From: Holophagales bacterium
Lineage (GTDB): Bacteria; Acidobacteriota; Thermoanaerobaculia; Multivoradales; JAGPDF01
NCBI GenBank assembly: GCA_016699405.1
Contig: CP064972.1
Location: 3,464,165-3,528,164, forward strand
Length of the DNA: 64,000 bases
Direction of reading: 5' to 3'
Both the position numbers and the translations under genes were made by a program. The notes under the pieces were generated by a model. The model worked only from the letters and a program-made list of their open reading frames with translations. It was not told the origin of the DNA and ran no database searches. Positions 9,092 to 20,062 of the stretch are shown piece by piece. Each line of letters begins with the position of its first letter. Position 1 is the stretch's first letter.

Positions 9092-10315
9092 GTGACCGAC
9101 CGCGAGGAGGTCGTCGGGGTACCCGGCTCGAAGGAGCCTGGCCTCGACGATTTCCTCGGTGAGCCGACCCGCGACCTGACGGCATGGCAGTGGCTGTGGG
9201 CCGGGGATCGACGATTCCCGGTCCGCAGTCACCGGGGCGGCATCCTCGGCCGCCTGCTGGTCCTCTTCAAACGCCTCTTCCGCCCGCTCGTCCAGACGCC
9301 CCAGAACGAACTCTGGGAGCGGCAGCGCATCTTCAATCTCATCCTTCTCGAGGAGCTGCGCCGCCACCTCGACCGGTTCGAGTCCCACGAGGACCGGCTC
9401 GCGGGGAGCGAGAGGCGATCCGGCTGGCACGAGGAGCGGCTCGAGCGGCTCGAGGCGTTCTGGCGAGAGGGCCTCTACGAGGTGATGCGCCACAACGATG
9501 GGCTCTTCGCTCGCGTCGACCAGAAGATGGACCGACTGCGGCGCGAAAGCTCCGACTTGTGGGGGCGCCTCGGATCCGCTCTGGCGCGGAGCGAGGCGGG
9601 GGACCCCGCCTCGCTCTCTCGCGTTCGGGAAGAGCAGCTGTATCTCCAACTCGAAGCACGGCACCGTGGAACCGAGGCAGAGATCGCCGAGCGGTTGGCG
9701 ATCTACCTCCCCTATTTCGGCGGTGGGGAGGTCCTCGACCTGGGCTGCGGGCGGGGCGAGTTCCTGGCGCTACTCGGTGAGCGCGCGATTCCCGCGCGTG
9801 GCGTCGATTCGAGCGCGGAGATGGTCGCCACCTGCCGTTCCAAGGGACTTCGCGTCGATGAGGGCGATCTGCTCGAGGCGCTCGCCGCGAGTCCGCCAGG
9901 GGGGCTGGGCGGCATCGTGTCCTTCCACGTTGTCGAACACCTCCCGCCGCCGGTGATCGATCGACTGATCCGCCTCGCCTGGGGCGCTCTCGCGCCCGGC
10001 GGTGTGCTCGTCCTCGAGACGCCGAACCCGCTCTCGGTCGTGGTCGCGGCCCGGTCCTTCTGGCTCGATCCGACCCACGTGCGTCCGGTCCATCCCGAGA
10101 TGCTCCGTGTCATGTTGGAATCGGCGGGCTTCGCCTCGGTCGAGAGGGTGGATCTGCGCCCCTTCCCCAAGGACGAGCGCCTTCCCGAGATCGACGTCGC
10201 GCGGCTCTCCGACGAGCTGCGACCGCTCGCCGACGAGGTCAATCGACTCCGGGATCGGATCGACGAACTCCTGTTCGGTCATCGCGATTTCGCGATGATC
10301 GCTCGCAAGCCCTGA
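9092..10315 (+). CDS. Class I SAM-dependent methyltransferase with an N-terminal coiled-coil region.
   Basis: C-terminal half carries motif I (VLDLGCGRGEF) and a post-I acidic residue (Methyltransf_11/23-like). The N-terminal ~200 aa are rich in heptad-like charged repeats. GTG start. Confidence 0.65.
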   Translation: MTDREEVVGVPGSKEPGLDDFLGEPTRDLTAWQWLWAGDRRFPVRSHRGGILGRLLVLFKRLFRPLVQTPQNELWERQRIFNLILLEELRRHLDRFESHEDRLAGSERRSGWHEERLERLEAFWREGLYEVMRHNDGLFARVDQKMDRLRRESSDLWGRLGSALARSEAGDPASLSRVREEQLYLQLEARHRGTEAEIAERLAIYLPYFGGGEVLDLGCGRGEFLALLGERAIPARGVDSSAEMVATCRSKGLRVDEGDLLEALAASPPGGLGGIVSFHVVEHLPPPVIDRLIRLAWGALAPGGVLVLETPNPLSVVVAARSFWLDPTHVRPVHPEMLRVMLESAGFASVERVDLRPFPKDERLPEIDVARLSDELRPLADEVNRLRDRIDELLFGHRDFAMIARKP

Positions 10316-10352
10316 CCCGTAATCGCCGGATCGACGGCGCTCGACCGGTCGG

Positions 10353-12779
10353 TCAGTCGCCGTCCTCGTTCTCCCAGGCTTGCTGGATCGCCGACCAGTC
10401 GGTGACCTGCTCGGGCATCGACTCGCGCGTCCGCGGCTGATAGAAGGGACGCTGCTGAGCCCAAGGCAGCGCGAGGATGGCCTGCCAGCGGGGCTGGTAC
10501 GAGCGAGTCGGCACGGTTCCCGGGAGGAAGGCTTCGTCGATGAGCTTCTCGGCTCCAGGTCCCGGGAGCAACCCGGTCCAGTACTCGACCGATTGCATGA
10601 CGACGCCGGGCGGACGCGAGAACTGCTCGCCCGAGTGCAACCAACCGTCGGCAAGCCCCCGCTCGACGATCAAACGCCAGATCGGCAGGGCAGCCTCGGC
10701 GCCGGTCATCTTCCGCCCGATCGTCCGCTTCTGGTCGTAGCCCACCCAGGAGAGGATGGTGTAGCGCGGGGTGAACCCCACGAACCAGGCGTCGGTGTAG
10801 TCGTTCGTCGTCCCGGTCTTTCCGGCGAGATCCAGCGGCAGATCGGCACAGCTTCCGGCGGTACCGCGATCGACGACTCCCTCGAGCATGTGCGTCAGCA
10901 CGTAGGCGACTTCGGGCTCGGTCACCTTTCTTGCCCGCGTCTGATGCTCCTGCAGGGTCAGTCCGTCGGGGTTGGAGACCCGGTCGATGAAGTAGGGCTC
11001 GAGATAGATCCCCTGGTTCGCCACCGAAGCGTAGGCGGCGGCGAGCTCGATCGGCAGCAGGTCGGCGGACCCCAGAGCCAGGCTCGGATAGGGCGGCAAG
11101 GCAGATCGCAGCCCGGCGCGCCGTGCGAAGTCGACGACCCGCTGGACACCGACCATGTCCATCAACTTCACCGCGGAGACGTTCACCGACAGCTCGAGCG
11201 CCCGGCGCAGCGTGATGATGCCGTAGTATCTGCGGTAGTAGTTGCGCGGGCTGTAGCTCAGCAGACCGTCGGCACCGGCGAAGGCCGCCGGCGCGTCGAA
11301 GAGCGTGTCGGCCGGGGAGAAGCCGGACTCGAGGGCGGCGCCGTAGACGAAGGGCTTGAAGGCCGATCCGACCTGCCGTTGTGCCTGAGTCACCCGGTTG
11401 AACTTGTTGCGCTGGAAATCCCAGCCGCCGACCATGGCGCGAACCGCTCCGGTCGCCGATTCGAGAACGATCGCCGCCCCCTCGAGGATCGGTTCCTGCT
11501 CGAGCACGAGGTAGAGGGGCTCTCCCTTCTTCCCTTCCTCCGGAGTCGACCAGCGGAACCAGGCGAGGTCGCCGATGCGCAGCACTTCCGACGGGCGAGC
11601 CTTGCCGGTCCAGGCGACACCGCGGCGCGTGAGGACCGTCTCCTCGCCCGGAAGGCGAACCTGCGCGACATCTCCCGAAAGGCCCTGGACGATGCCGGGG
11701 AGCCAAGTCTCCGGAGAGGGATTGCGATCGACGAAGTCGCCATCGGCCGTGAGGTCCATGCCGAGCGGCTGACCACGCCGCAGGGGACCCCGCCAGCCCT
11801 TCCGGTGATCGACGCGCAGGAGCCCGCTCCGCAAGGACTCTTCGGTGGCCCGCTGGATCGTCGAATCGAGCGTCGTGCGGACTTGCAGGCCCTCCTGGTA
11901 TAGGCGTTCCGTGCCGTACTTGGCTTCGAGCTGCTGTCGCACGTCCTCGGCGAAATAGGCACCCAGCTCGGACCTCGCCCGGTGGTCTTGCACCGCGAGG
12001 GGCTCTGCCACTGCCCGATCGTGCTCCTCGCGAGTGACGAATCCTTCCGCCAACATCCGACCGAGGACGTAGTTGCGGCGAGTGGTCACTCCGGCGGGAT
12101 TCCGGTACGGGCTGAAGGCGCTCGGCCGCTGGACCATGCCGGCGAGGGTGGCCGCCTGCGGCAGGGAGAGCTCGCTCGCCGGTTTGCCGAAGTAGTAGCG
12201 TGCAGCCGCTTCCATCCCATAGTTGCCGTGGCCGAGGAAGGCGAGGTTGCAGTAGAGCGCGAGAACCTGCTGTTTCGAGAGGTTCTTCTCGAGGTCGACC
12301 GCGAGGAGGACCTGCTCGACCTTGCGTCGCCAGCTCTTCTCGGGTGTGAGGTAGAGCATCTTGGCGAGTTGCATGGTGATGGTCGAAGCGCCCTGGGCGC
12401 GGCGACCACGCTGCAAGTTCACCAACACGGATCGGAGCGCGCCGAAGGCGTCGATGCCACCATGGCGGAAGAACTCCGAGTCCTCGGAGGCGACGACGGC
12501 CTTCTGGATCAGGGGAGGAACCTCGGCATCCCCGAGGAGCTCACGTCGTTCCCGGGCATAGGAGGCGAACGGCTTGCCGTCGCGATCCAGCAGGCGCGTC
12601 ACGAGGCTCGGCCGGAAGTCGATCAGCGACTCGACCTTCGGCATGTGGATCATGGCACCGACGCTGACGCCCACCGCGACACCGAGCAGGACGGCGACGA
12701 CGAAGGGAATCAGCCGGCGGCGGAGCGAATGGGGGCGCAGCGTCGGGATCGCGCGAGGGGCATTGGGGCCGGGGGGCAC
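10353..12779 (-). CDS. mrcA: Class A penicillin-binding protein 1A (glycosyltransferase plus transpeptidase).
   Basis: N-terminal TM segment. GT51 motifs (EDSEFFRHGGID, GASTITMQLAK). Transpeptidase SXXK (SAFKPF), SXN, and KTGT motifs. Confidence 0.9.
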   Translation of the reverse strand: MPPGPNAPRAIPTLRPHSLRRRLIPFVVAVLLGVAVGVSVGAMIHMPKVESLIDFRPSLVTRLLDRDGKPFASYARERRELLGDAEVPPLIQKAVVASEDSEFFRHGGIDAFGALRSVLVNLQRGRRAQGASTITMQLAKMLYLTPEKSWRRKVEQVLLAVDLEKNLSKQQVLALYCNLAFLGHGNYGMEAAARYYFGKPASELSLPQAATLAGMVQRPSAFSPYRNPAGVTTRRNYVLGRMLAEGFVTREEHDRAVAEPLAVQDHRARSELGAYFAEDVRQQLEAKYGTERLYQEGLQVRTTLDSTIQRATEESLRSGLLRVDHRKGWRGPLRRGQPLGMDLTADGDFVDRNPSPETWLPGIVQGLSGDVAQVRLPGEETVLTRRGVAWTGKARPSEVLRIGDLAWFRWSTPEEGKKGEPLYLVLEQEPILEGAAIVLESATGAVRAMVGGWDFQRNKFNRVTQAQRQVGSAFKPFVYGAALESGFSPADTLFDAPAAFAGADGLLSYSPRNYYRRYYGIITLRRALELSVNVSAVKLMDMVGVQRVVDFARRAGLRSALPPYPSLALGSADLLPIELAAAYASVANQGIYLEPYFIDRVSNPDGLTLQEHQTRARKVTEPEVAYVLTHMLEGVVDRGTAGSCADLPLDLAGKTGTTNDYTDAWFVGFTPRYTILSWVGYDQKRTIGRKMTGAEAALPIWRLIVERGLADGWLHSGEQFSRPPGVVMQSVEYWTGLLPGPGAEKLIDEAFLPGTVPTRSYQPRWQAILALPWAQQRPFYQPRTRESMPEQVTDWSAIQQAWENEDGD

Positions 12780-12855
12780 GGCGCGATTCTACCAGCGGCG
12801 ATCCGAGGGCTGTGATAAAACGCGCCGGTACCTCTCGAGACGATCCAGGCAGACG

Positions 12856-13341
12856 ATGACCCCACAAGACACCGACCTGAATCCGCTGCCGCCCTCGTTG
12901 CCCCCCGCCACCCCCTTCGCTCCGGAGCGTGCCAAGACGCCCACCGGCTGCGGACGGATCGCGCTGGTGGGCTGCGGGTTCGCGACCCTGCTGCTCGGGC
13001 TGGCGGCGGTGGTTTTCCTGTTCAAGGCGAACGACTTGCTCAGCTGGACGTTGCGCCAGATCGAATCGCAGCTCGCTACGCGGCTGCCTTCCGATCTCAC
13101 GGCGGACGAAAAGGTCCGACTGACGGGGGCCTTCTCGGCGGCACGAGGGGCGATTGCCGCCGGCAAGCTCGATCCGCGCGCCCTGCAGACGCTGCAGGGC
13201 AAGCTCCAGCGGCTGAGCGGCGTCGGCACGACGCCGCCGACGCGACAGGAGATCCTCTCGCTCACGGAATCGCTCGAGCTGGTCGGCAGGGGAGCGGAGC
13301 CTCCGGCGACCCCCGTGGCGGTTCCCACCGCCTCGCCCTGA
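12856..13341 (+). CDS. Hypothetical single-pass membrane protein.
   Basis: Start taken at the internal ATG after the overlap with mrcA on the opposite strand. One TM helix ([22 protein letters not shown]). No recognisable domain. Confidence 0.4.
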   Translation: MTPQDTDLNPLPPSLPPATPFAPERAKTPTGCGRIALVGCGFATLLLGLAAVVFLFKANDLLSWTLRQIESQLATRLPSDLTADEKVRLTGAFSAARGAIAAGKLDPRALQTLQGKLQRLSGVGTTPPTRQEILSLTESLELVGRGAEPPATPVAVPTASP

Positions 13342-13354
13342 GGGAAGACCGAAC

Positions 13355-15346
13355 GTGACGAGCTTCCAGCTCGAAGCCCCCTTCGTACCGCAGGGGGACC
13401 AGCCCCAGGCCATCGAACAGCTCGTCGCCCGGCTGCTCGCCGGCGAACGCGAACAGGTGCTTCTCGGGGTCACCGGCTCGGGCAAGACCTTCACCGTCGC
13501 CAAGGTGATCGAGCGGGTCGATCGTCCGACCCTCGTTCTCTCCCACAACAAGACGCTGGCCGCCCAGCTCTACCAGGAGTTCCGGGCGTTCTTCCCGCAC
13601 AACGCGGTCGAGTACTTCGTCTCGTACTACGACTACTACCAGCCCGAGGCCTACGTCCCGCAGTCGGACACCTACATCGAGAAGGAAGTCAACATCAACG
13701 AGGAGATCGATCGCCTGCGATTGCGGGCGACGAAGTCGCTCTTCGAGCGGCGTGACGTCCTGATCGTCGCCTCGGTTTCGTGCATCTACGGTCTCGGCTC
13801 GCCTGAGGCGTTCTTCGGCATGCTGCTGATGCTCGAGCAAGGCAAGTCCCTCGACCTCGACGAGGCGCTGCGACGCCTGGCCGAGATGCAATACGAGCGG
13901 ACCTCGCTCGACCTGTTCCACGGCGGCTTCCGTCTGCGCGGCGACACCCTGGAGATCCTGCCGGCGTACGACGATCGGGCGATTCGCGTGGAGTTCTTCG
14001 GTGACGAGATCGAGCGACTGGCGATCTTCGACCCGCTGCGCGGCGACGTGCTCGAGTCCCCCGACCGTGTCGCGCTCTATCCGAAGACGCACTACGTCAC
14101 GCCGAAGGACCGGATGGAGAAGGCCATCGCCAGGATCCGCAGCGAGCTCGCCGAGCGGCTGGACCGACTCGAGCAGGAGGGCAAGCTGCTCGAACGGCAG
14201 CGCCTGGAACAGCGCACGCGCTTCGACCTCGAGATGCTCAAGGAGGTCGGGTACTGTCACGGGATCGAGAACTACGCGCGCCACCTCGCCGGGCGCCAGG
14301 CCGGAGAGCCGCCGCCGACGCTCCTCGACTACTTTCCTGACGACTTTCTCCTGGTCATCGACGAGAGCCACCAGACGGTTCCCCAGGTTCGCGGGATGTA
14401 CCACGGCGACCGGTCGCGCAAGACGACGCTGGTCGATTTCGGGTTCCGGCTGCCGAGCGCGCTCGACAACCGCCCCCTGACCTTCGAGGAGTTCGACCGC
14501 CGGGTCGGTCAGCGGCTCTACGTCTCGGCGACGCCCGCCCCGTTCGAGCTCGAGCGTGCCGGCGGAGTGGTCGTCGAACAGCTGATCCGTCCGACCGGGT
14601 TGCTCGACCCGGCGATCGAGGTGCGACCGGCGCGCGGTCAGGTCGACGACCTGATCGGCCAGCTGCGCCAGACACTGGCGGCGAAGGAGCGTGCGCTGGT
14701 CACGACGCTGACCAAGAAGATGTCGGAGGAGCTGACGCAGTACCTGCTCGAGATCGGCATCAAGGTGCGATATCTGCACAGCGACGTCGAGACCCTCGAG
14801 CGCGTGCAGATCATCACCTCGTTGCGACGGGGCGAGTGCGACGTGCTCGTCGGCATCAACCTGCTGCGGGAGGGGCTCGACCTGCCCGAGGTCTCGCTGG
14901 TGGCGATCCTCGACGCCGACAAGGAGGGGTTCCTGCGGAGCGAGACCGCCCTGGTGCAGACGGCGGGGCGCGCAGCGCGGAACCTCAACGGCCGGGTGAT
15001 CTTCTACGGCGACCGGATCACCGACTCGATGGCCCGGGCGATCGACGAGACGAGGCGACGGCGAGTGCGCCAGCAGGATTACAACACGGAGCATGGCATC
15101 GAGCCCCGCACCATCCTCAAGGACATCCACAATCCGCTCGTCGCCATGGCCAACCTCGACTACCACGAAGTCCCCGGCCGCTCTGCCGGCTGGGTGGCGG
15201 AGGACGAGTCGCAGCCGCTCGCCGAGCGAATCGCACGGCTGGAGAAGGAGATGCGGGCAGCCGCCAAACGGCTCGAGTTCGAGGAGGCCGCGATGCTGCG
15301 CGACCGCATCCGCGAGCTGCGGGAGTTGCAGGTCTTCAGCGGCTGA
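13355..15346 (+). CDS. uvrB: Excinuclease ABC subunit B.
   Basis: Walker [10 protein letters not shown]; YVSATP; helicase motifs; a C-terminal UVR domain ([16 protein letters not shown]). Confidence 0.95.
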   Translation: MTSFQLEAPFVPQGDQPQAIEQLVARLLAGEREQVLLGVTGSGKTFTVAKVIERVDRPTLVLSHNKTLAAQLYQEFRAFFPHNAVEYFVSYYDYYQPEAYVPQSDTYIEKEVNINEEIDRLRLRATKSLFERRDVLIVASVSCIYGLGSPEAFFGMLLMLEQGKSLDLDEALRRLAEMQYERTSLDLFHGGFRLRGDTLEILPAYDDRAIRVEFFGDEIERLAIFDPLRGDVLESPDRVALYPKTHYVTPKDRMEKAIARIRSELAERLDRLEQEGKLLERQRLEQRTRFDLEMLKEVGYCHGIENYARHLAGRQAGEPPPTLLDYFPDDFLLVIDESHQTVPQVRGMYHGDRSRKTTLVDFGFRLPSALDNRPLTFEEFDRRVGQRLYVSATPAPFELERAGGVVVEQLIRPTGLLDPAIEVRPARGQVDDLIGQLRQTLAAKERALVTTLTKKMSEELTQYLLEIGIKVRYLHSDVETLERVQIITSLRRGECDVLVGINLLREGLDLPEVSLVAILDADKEGFLRSETALVQTAGRAARNLNGRVIFYGDRITDSMARAIDETRRRRVRQQDYNTEHGIEPRTILKDIHNPLVAMANLDYHEVPGRSAGWVAEDESQPLAERIARLEKEMRAAAKRLEFEEAAMLRDRIRELRELQVFSG

Positions 15347-15352
15347 TCCGCG

Positions 15353-17212
15353 ATGACTCCCGAGCTTGCGGCGCGGATCGCCGGGCTGCCGGAAGAACCG
15401 GGCATCTACATCTTCGTCGATGCCGGCAGACGGACGCTCTACGTCGGCAAGGCGAAGTCGCTGAAGCGCCGGGTCGCGAGCTACCTCACGCGCGATCTCG
15501 AGCCGCGACTGGCGGCGATGGTGGAGGAGGCCAGCGACCTCGACTACCTGGTGACGCGGTCGGAGTCCGAGGCGCTCGAGCTCGAGAACAACTGGATCAA
15601 AGAGCGCCGGCCGCGCTACAACGTCCTGCTGCGGGACGACAAGACCTATCCCTACCTCAAGATCACGGTCGGCGAAGCCTGGCCGAGGGTCGCCTTCACC
15701 CGGAGGATCCGCCAGGACGGGGCGGAGTACTTCGGCCCCTTCCTGCCGGGAGGTCTGGCGAGGCGAGCGATCAAGCTCGTCCAGAAGCTCTTCCGGCTGC
15801 GCGTCTGTCGGATCGAGATCGACGGGAAGCTGCCACGCCCCTGCCTCTACTACGACATGAAACGCTGCCTCGGCCCGTGCGTGGCGGGTCTCACCGACGA
15901 AGCGACCTATCGCGAGGCAACGGAACAGTCCCGCCTCTTCCTCGGCGGGAAGACGGATCGTCTCTCGCGTGAGCTGCGGCAACGGATGGAGCAGGCGGCG
16001 GAGCGTCTCGAGTTCGAGGAGGCCGCGCGGCTCCGCGACGCGCTCGCCGAGATCGACGCACTCGCCGGCCGCAGTCGCCTTTCGTCGGTGGAAGGCGAGG
16101 ACGCCGATGTGATCGGCCTCTTCACCCTGGGACCTCGTGCTGCCATGGTGATCCTGGTGATGCGCGGCGGCCGCATTCTCGATCGTCAGGAGCTCTTCTG
16201 GGAGGAGGAGGCGGCGTTTGCCGCGGAACGTCTGCTCGCCGAGGTACTGCCTCAGATCTATGCGAGGACGACGTTCATCCCGAAGGAGATTCACCTGCCG
16301 ATGCCGATCGACGGGGACGAGGCTCTCGCCGACTGGCTCTCGGAGCGCAAGGGGGAGCGGGTCTACCTGCGCTATCCGGCACGTGGCCCGCGAGCCTCGC
16401 GTCTCGACCTGGCCCGCGGCAACGCCCAGCTCGCCTTCCGGCGCCGCTTCCGCGGGGCCGGCGAGAGCGATGCCGGCAGCGAGGCGCTGCGGACTCACCT
16501 CGAGTTGCCGGAACCGCCGCGGCGGATCGAAGGCTTCGACATCTCGACCTTCCACGGCGGCGAGACCGTCGCCTCGCTGGTCGTCTGGCAAGAGGGCAAG
16601 CTGCGCAAGTCGGACTATCGCTCGTTCAACATCCGCGGCGTTCGGTTGCCCGACGACTTCGCTTCGATGCGCCAGGCCGTCGAACGCCACTATCGACGTC
16701 GGCTCGAGGAGGTGGGGGAGATGCCCGACCTCATCCTCGTCGACGGTGGGCGAGGGCAGCTCAACGCTGCGCTCTCGGCACTCGCGGCTCTCGGTGCCGA
16801 GGAGACGCCGATCGTCTCCCTGGCCAAGCGGGAGGAGGAGGTCTATCGGCCGGACCTGCCCGAGCCGCTCGTCCTTCCCCGGCGAGATCCCGGTCTGCAG
16901 CTTCTGCAGCGCCTGCGAGACGAAGCGCATCGTTTCGCCATCTCGCGGCATCGGAACCGGCGAAGTCGCCGAACCTTGGCGAGTCGCCTGGATCGCCTGC
17001 CAGGAATCGGCCCGGCTCGTCGTCGTCTGCTCCTGCAGCATTTCGGGTCGGCGGACGCGGTCGCCGCGGCGAGCGTCGAGGCTCTCGCCGAGCTCCTCGG
17101 CCCGACGGTCGGCCGTCGGCTGCACGCGACGCTGGCGATGGCCGACGGGGCGGACGCGGGCCACGAGGGCGACGCAGGATCCGGCGGAGAATCACCGCCG
17201 GAACTCCGCTAG
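15353..17212 (+). CDS. uvrC: Excinuclease ABC subunit C.
   Basis: GIY-YIG N-terminus (GIYIFVDAGRRTLYVGKAKSLKRR), a UVR domain, an endonuclease V-like domain, and a C-terminal HhH. Confidence 0.95.
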   Translation: MTPELAARIAGLPEEPGIYIFVDAGRRTLYVGKAKSLKRRVASYLTRDLEPRLAAMVEEASDLDYLVTRSESEALELENNWIKERRPRYNVLLRDDKTYPYLKITVGEAWPRVAFTRRIRQDGAEYFGPFLPGGLARRAIKLVQKLFRLRVCRIEIDGKLPRPCLYYDMKRCLGPCVAGLTDEATYREATEQSRLFLGGKTDRLSRELRQRMEQAAERLEFEEAARLRDALAEIDALAGRSRLSSVEGEDADVIGLFTLGPRAAMVILVMRGGRILDRQELFWEEEAAFAAERLLAEVLPQIYARTTFIPKEIHLPMPIDGDEALADWLSERKGERVYLRYPARGPRASRLDLARGNAQLAFRRRFRGAGESDAGSEALRTHLELPEPPRRIEGFDISTFHGGETVASLVVWQEGKLRKSDYRSFNIRGVRLPDDFASMRQAVERHYRRRLEEVGEMPDLILVDGGRGQLNAALSALAALGAEETPIVSLAKREEEVYRPDLPEPLVLPRRDPGLQLLQRLRDEAHRFAISRHRNRRSRRTLASRLDRLPGIGPARRRLLLQHFGSADAVAAASVEALAELLGPTVGRRLHATLAMADGADAGHEGDAGSGGESPPELR

Positions 17213-17231
17213 AATCGACGCCGAGCCATCC

Positions 17232-18698
17232 ATGTCGCCCATCGCCGGCAATCTCGAGCGGGAGCCTCTGTCGGAGGTCGTACGGGAGATCCATCTGGCC
17301 CGCGGCAACGGCGTGCTCGAAGTGCAAGTCCGCGGTCAGCGGCGGCGCCTGCATTTTCGCGAGGGGGAGCTCTGCCTGCCGGGAAGTCATCCTCTCGCCC
17401 GGCGGCTCGCCACGCTGCTCGGCGAGGAGCCCGATCCGCTGGGGTCGGCGAGGCGCGAGATCGCCACGCTGCTCTCCCGGATCGTCGAGGTCACGGCCGA
17501 GTGGACCGAGGGTGAGTTCCGGTTCCAGGACGACCCGACGGTGCTCCCCGAGCTTCTCGTCGGGCCACTGCCGACCGTCGAGTTCCTCATGGAGCACGCC
17601 GTCGCGCAGGTCGGCGAGCGCGATCCGGTCGCCGCGCTCGGCGGGGATCGCACGCGGTGGATTCTCGAAGAGACATCGCCACTGCGCCGACGAGCCGATC
17701 TCCTCAGTCCCGCCGAGCTCTGGGTGCTGGAACAACTCCAGGCGCCGACCGAGCCCCGCGATCTCCAGGAGAAGAGCCCGATGGGGCGAGTCGAGCTCGG
17801 GCGCGCCCTGGTTCGGCTGGCCGCGGCGGGTTGCATTCGTCCGTTCGAGCAGCGGCGGGAACGCTCTCAGGACGGGGCCGGACAGCTGCTCGAGCGGCAG
17901 GTCCTCAACCGGTTCGACGAGCGGATCCGCGAGAGCCTCGCCCAGCGGCCCGTGGCGTTGGATGTGGCCGCGCACCGAGAGCTGCTGATCGACCGCCTCG
18001 CGAAGTTCGGCGGCATGACCCACTACGAGCTCCTCGAGGTGGCGCCGTCGGCGTCGATCGACGAGGTCCACGCCGCCTACGAGCGGCTCGCCCGCGAAGC
18101 CCACCCGAGTCACTCGTCCCTGCTCGAATTGGAGAACGCGAAAGCCGGCCTTCAGCTCCTCTTCGAGCGCGGTACCACCGCCTATCTCACTCTGGCCGAT
18201 CCGGAGCGCCGCAAGGCGTACGATCTCGAGATCGGTCTCGACGTCGTCGTCGGGCGGGTCAACCAACCCGTGGCCCAGCGAGCGCAGGAGCAGCGCGACC
18301 TCGCCCGCCAGCACTACGAGCAGGCTCTCGCCTTCGCCGCACGCGAGGAGTACCACTTCGCCATCGAGCTGCTGCAACTCGCCGTCAAGGCCGACTCGTC
18401 GAAGTCGCAGTACTTTCTCGAGCTCGGGCGGCTACAGGCCCGCAACCCGAACTGGCTGCGCCACGCCGCCGAGAGCTATCGGCGGGCCATCGAGCTGGTG
18501 CCGCGGGATCTCGCCTCCCGACTCCTCCTGGCCAGCCTCTACGAACGCCTCGAGGATCCCGTGCGGGCCAAGGTCCAGTACCACACGGTGCTGCGGATCG
18601 CCCCGGAGAACCCCGACGCCGCCGCGGCGCTCGAGCGTCTCGAAGGCGGAAGCTCGGAGGGTGGGAAGGGCATCTTCGGGCGCATCTTCCGCCGCTGA
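17232..18698 (+). CDS. Multidomain protein. It combines a DUF4388-like N-terminal domain, a J-like domain with a non-canonical HPS motif, and C-terminal TPR repeats.
   Basis: The ORF-track frame starts inside uvrC in another frame. I start it at ATG 17232, just after the uvrC stop. The J-like block HYELLEV...AYERLAREAHPSHSS...RRKAYD lies at ~18020-18200. TPR-like repeats are at the C-terminus. Confidence 0.6.
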   Translation: MSPIAGNLEREPLSEVVREIHLARGNGVLEVQVRGQRRRLHFREGELCLPGSHPLARRLATLLGEEPDPLGSARREIATLLSRIVEVTAEWTEGEFRFQDDPTVLPELLVGPLPTVEFLMEHAVAQVGERDPVAALGGDRTRWILEETSPLRRRADLLSPAELWVLEQLQAPTEPRDLQEKSPMGRVELGRALVRLAAAGCIRPFEQRRERSQDGAGQLLERQVLNRFDERIRESLAQRPVALDVAAHRELLIDRLAKFGGMTHYELLEVAPSASIDEVHAAYERLAREAHPSHSSLLELENAKAGLQLLFERGTTAYLTLADPERRKAYDLEIGLDVVVGRVNQPVAQRAQEQRDLARQHYEQALAFAAREEYHFAIELLQLAVKADSSKSQYFLELGRLQARNPNWLRHAAESYRRAIELVPRDLASRLLLASLYERLEDPVRAKVQYHTVLRIAPENPDAAAALERLEGGSSEGGKGIFGRIFRR

Positions 18699-18730
18699 CG
18701 CGAGCTCCGGTTCGCGGTAGGATGTCCTGG

Positions 18731-19120
<390 letters not shown>

Positions 19121-19131
<11 letters not shown>

Positions 19132-20062
19132 CCCCTTGATCTCCGCACGCTATCCCCCGCCCGTCGTCCCTGGCTCCCGCCTCGGGATTGCTGCCCTGTC
19201 CGGTCCGGTCGATCCCACGCGTCTCGCGGCGGGTTGCGAGACGCTCGGGCGACTCGGCTTCGAGCCGGTCCTGGCGACGAACCTCGGCTCTCGCGCCGGC
19301 TTCTTTGCCGGCAGCGACCGCGATCGCCTCGACGGTTTTCACGGTCTGCTGCGCGATCCGTCGATCGATGCCATCGTCTTCGCGCGCGGTGGTCACGGCC
19401 TGCTGCGACTGCTGCCATCGCTCGACTGGGAGCTGCTCGCCAGCCGCCCGCGCGCCTTCGTCGGCTACTCCGATCTGACGCCCTTGCTCAATCTCATCCC
19501 GCAGCGGCTCGGCTGGGTGACCTTCCACGGCCCGATGGCGGCGGTCGATCTGGTCAACGGCCTTTCGGAGGAAGAAGAAGCCTCGTGGCTCGGCGCCCTC
19601 GCCGGGCGTCCAAGCTCGCCGTTGGCCTCCCCGCGGATCGTGCGGCCGGGCGTCGCCCGGGGTCACCTGCTCGGCGGCTGCCTGAGCCTCCTCACCGCGG
19701 TTCAAGGCACCCCGTACGCACCGTCGCTCGAGGGCTCGGTGCTGTTCTGGGAAGACGTCGGGGAGTCCCCCTATCGTCTCGATCGGATGTTGACCCACCT
19801 CACCCTGTCCGGTAGTCTGACCGGCGTTCGAGGCATGGTCATCGGCGAGGTGGACTTTGGCGGAATCGACGGCGCAGTCGCCGAGCTGGAGGCCGAGAGT
19901 CTCGCCAACGCGCGCGCGGACTTGCCGTTCCCGATTGCCGCGGGTCTGTCGTGCGGACACCGGCGGCCGAATCTCACCCTGCCGATCGGGGCGCCGGTCG
20001 AGCTCGACGCTCTCCGCGGCGAGCTGACCGTGCTGCCCTGCGAAAGCGTCGAGAGCGCATGA
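19121..20062 (+). CDS. ldcA: LD-carboxypeptidase (peptidase S66, muramoyltetrapeptide carboxypeptidase).
   Basis: S66 signature, with the nucleophile context FVGYSDLT and downstream conserved His/Glu regions. The ORF-track start overlaps the rnpB 3' end, so the true start is probably a little downstream. Confidence 0.75.

Noticed and set aside
10380-11903. 507-aa plus-strand ORF.
   Set aside because: Antisense to the class A PBP gene (mrcA), whose motifs are unambiguous.
13262-17164. 1300-aa ORF on the minus strand.
   Set aside because: It lies entirely antisense to uvrB and uvrC, which are unmistakable conserved genes. It has no recognisable domain. This is the typical high-GC artefact, where antisense frames of GC3-rich genes are stop-poor.
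16218-17231. 5' extension of the 826-aa ORF that precedes the DUF4388/J/TPR protein.
   Set aside because: This stretch is out-of-frame overlap with uvrC. The conserved uvrC reading frame explains the sequence, so the real gene starts at ATG 17232 after the uvrC stop.
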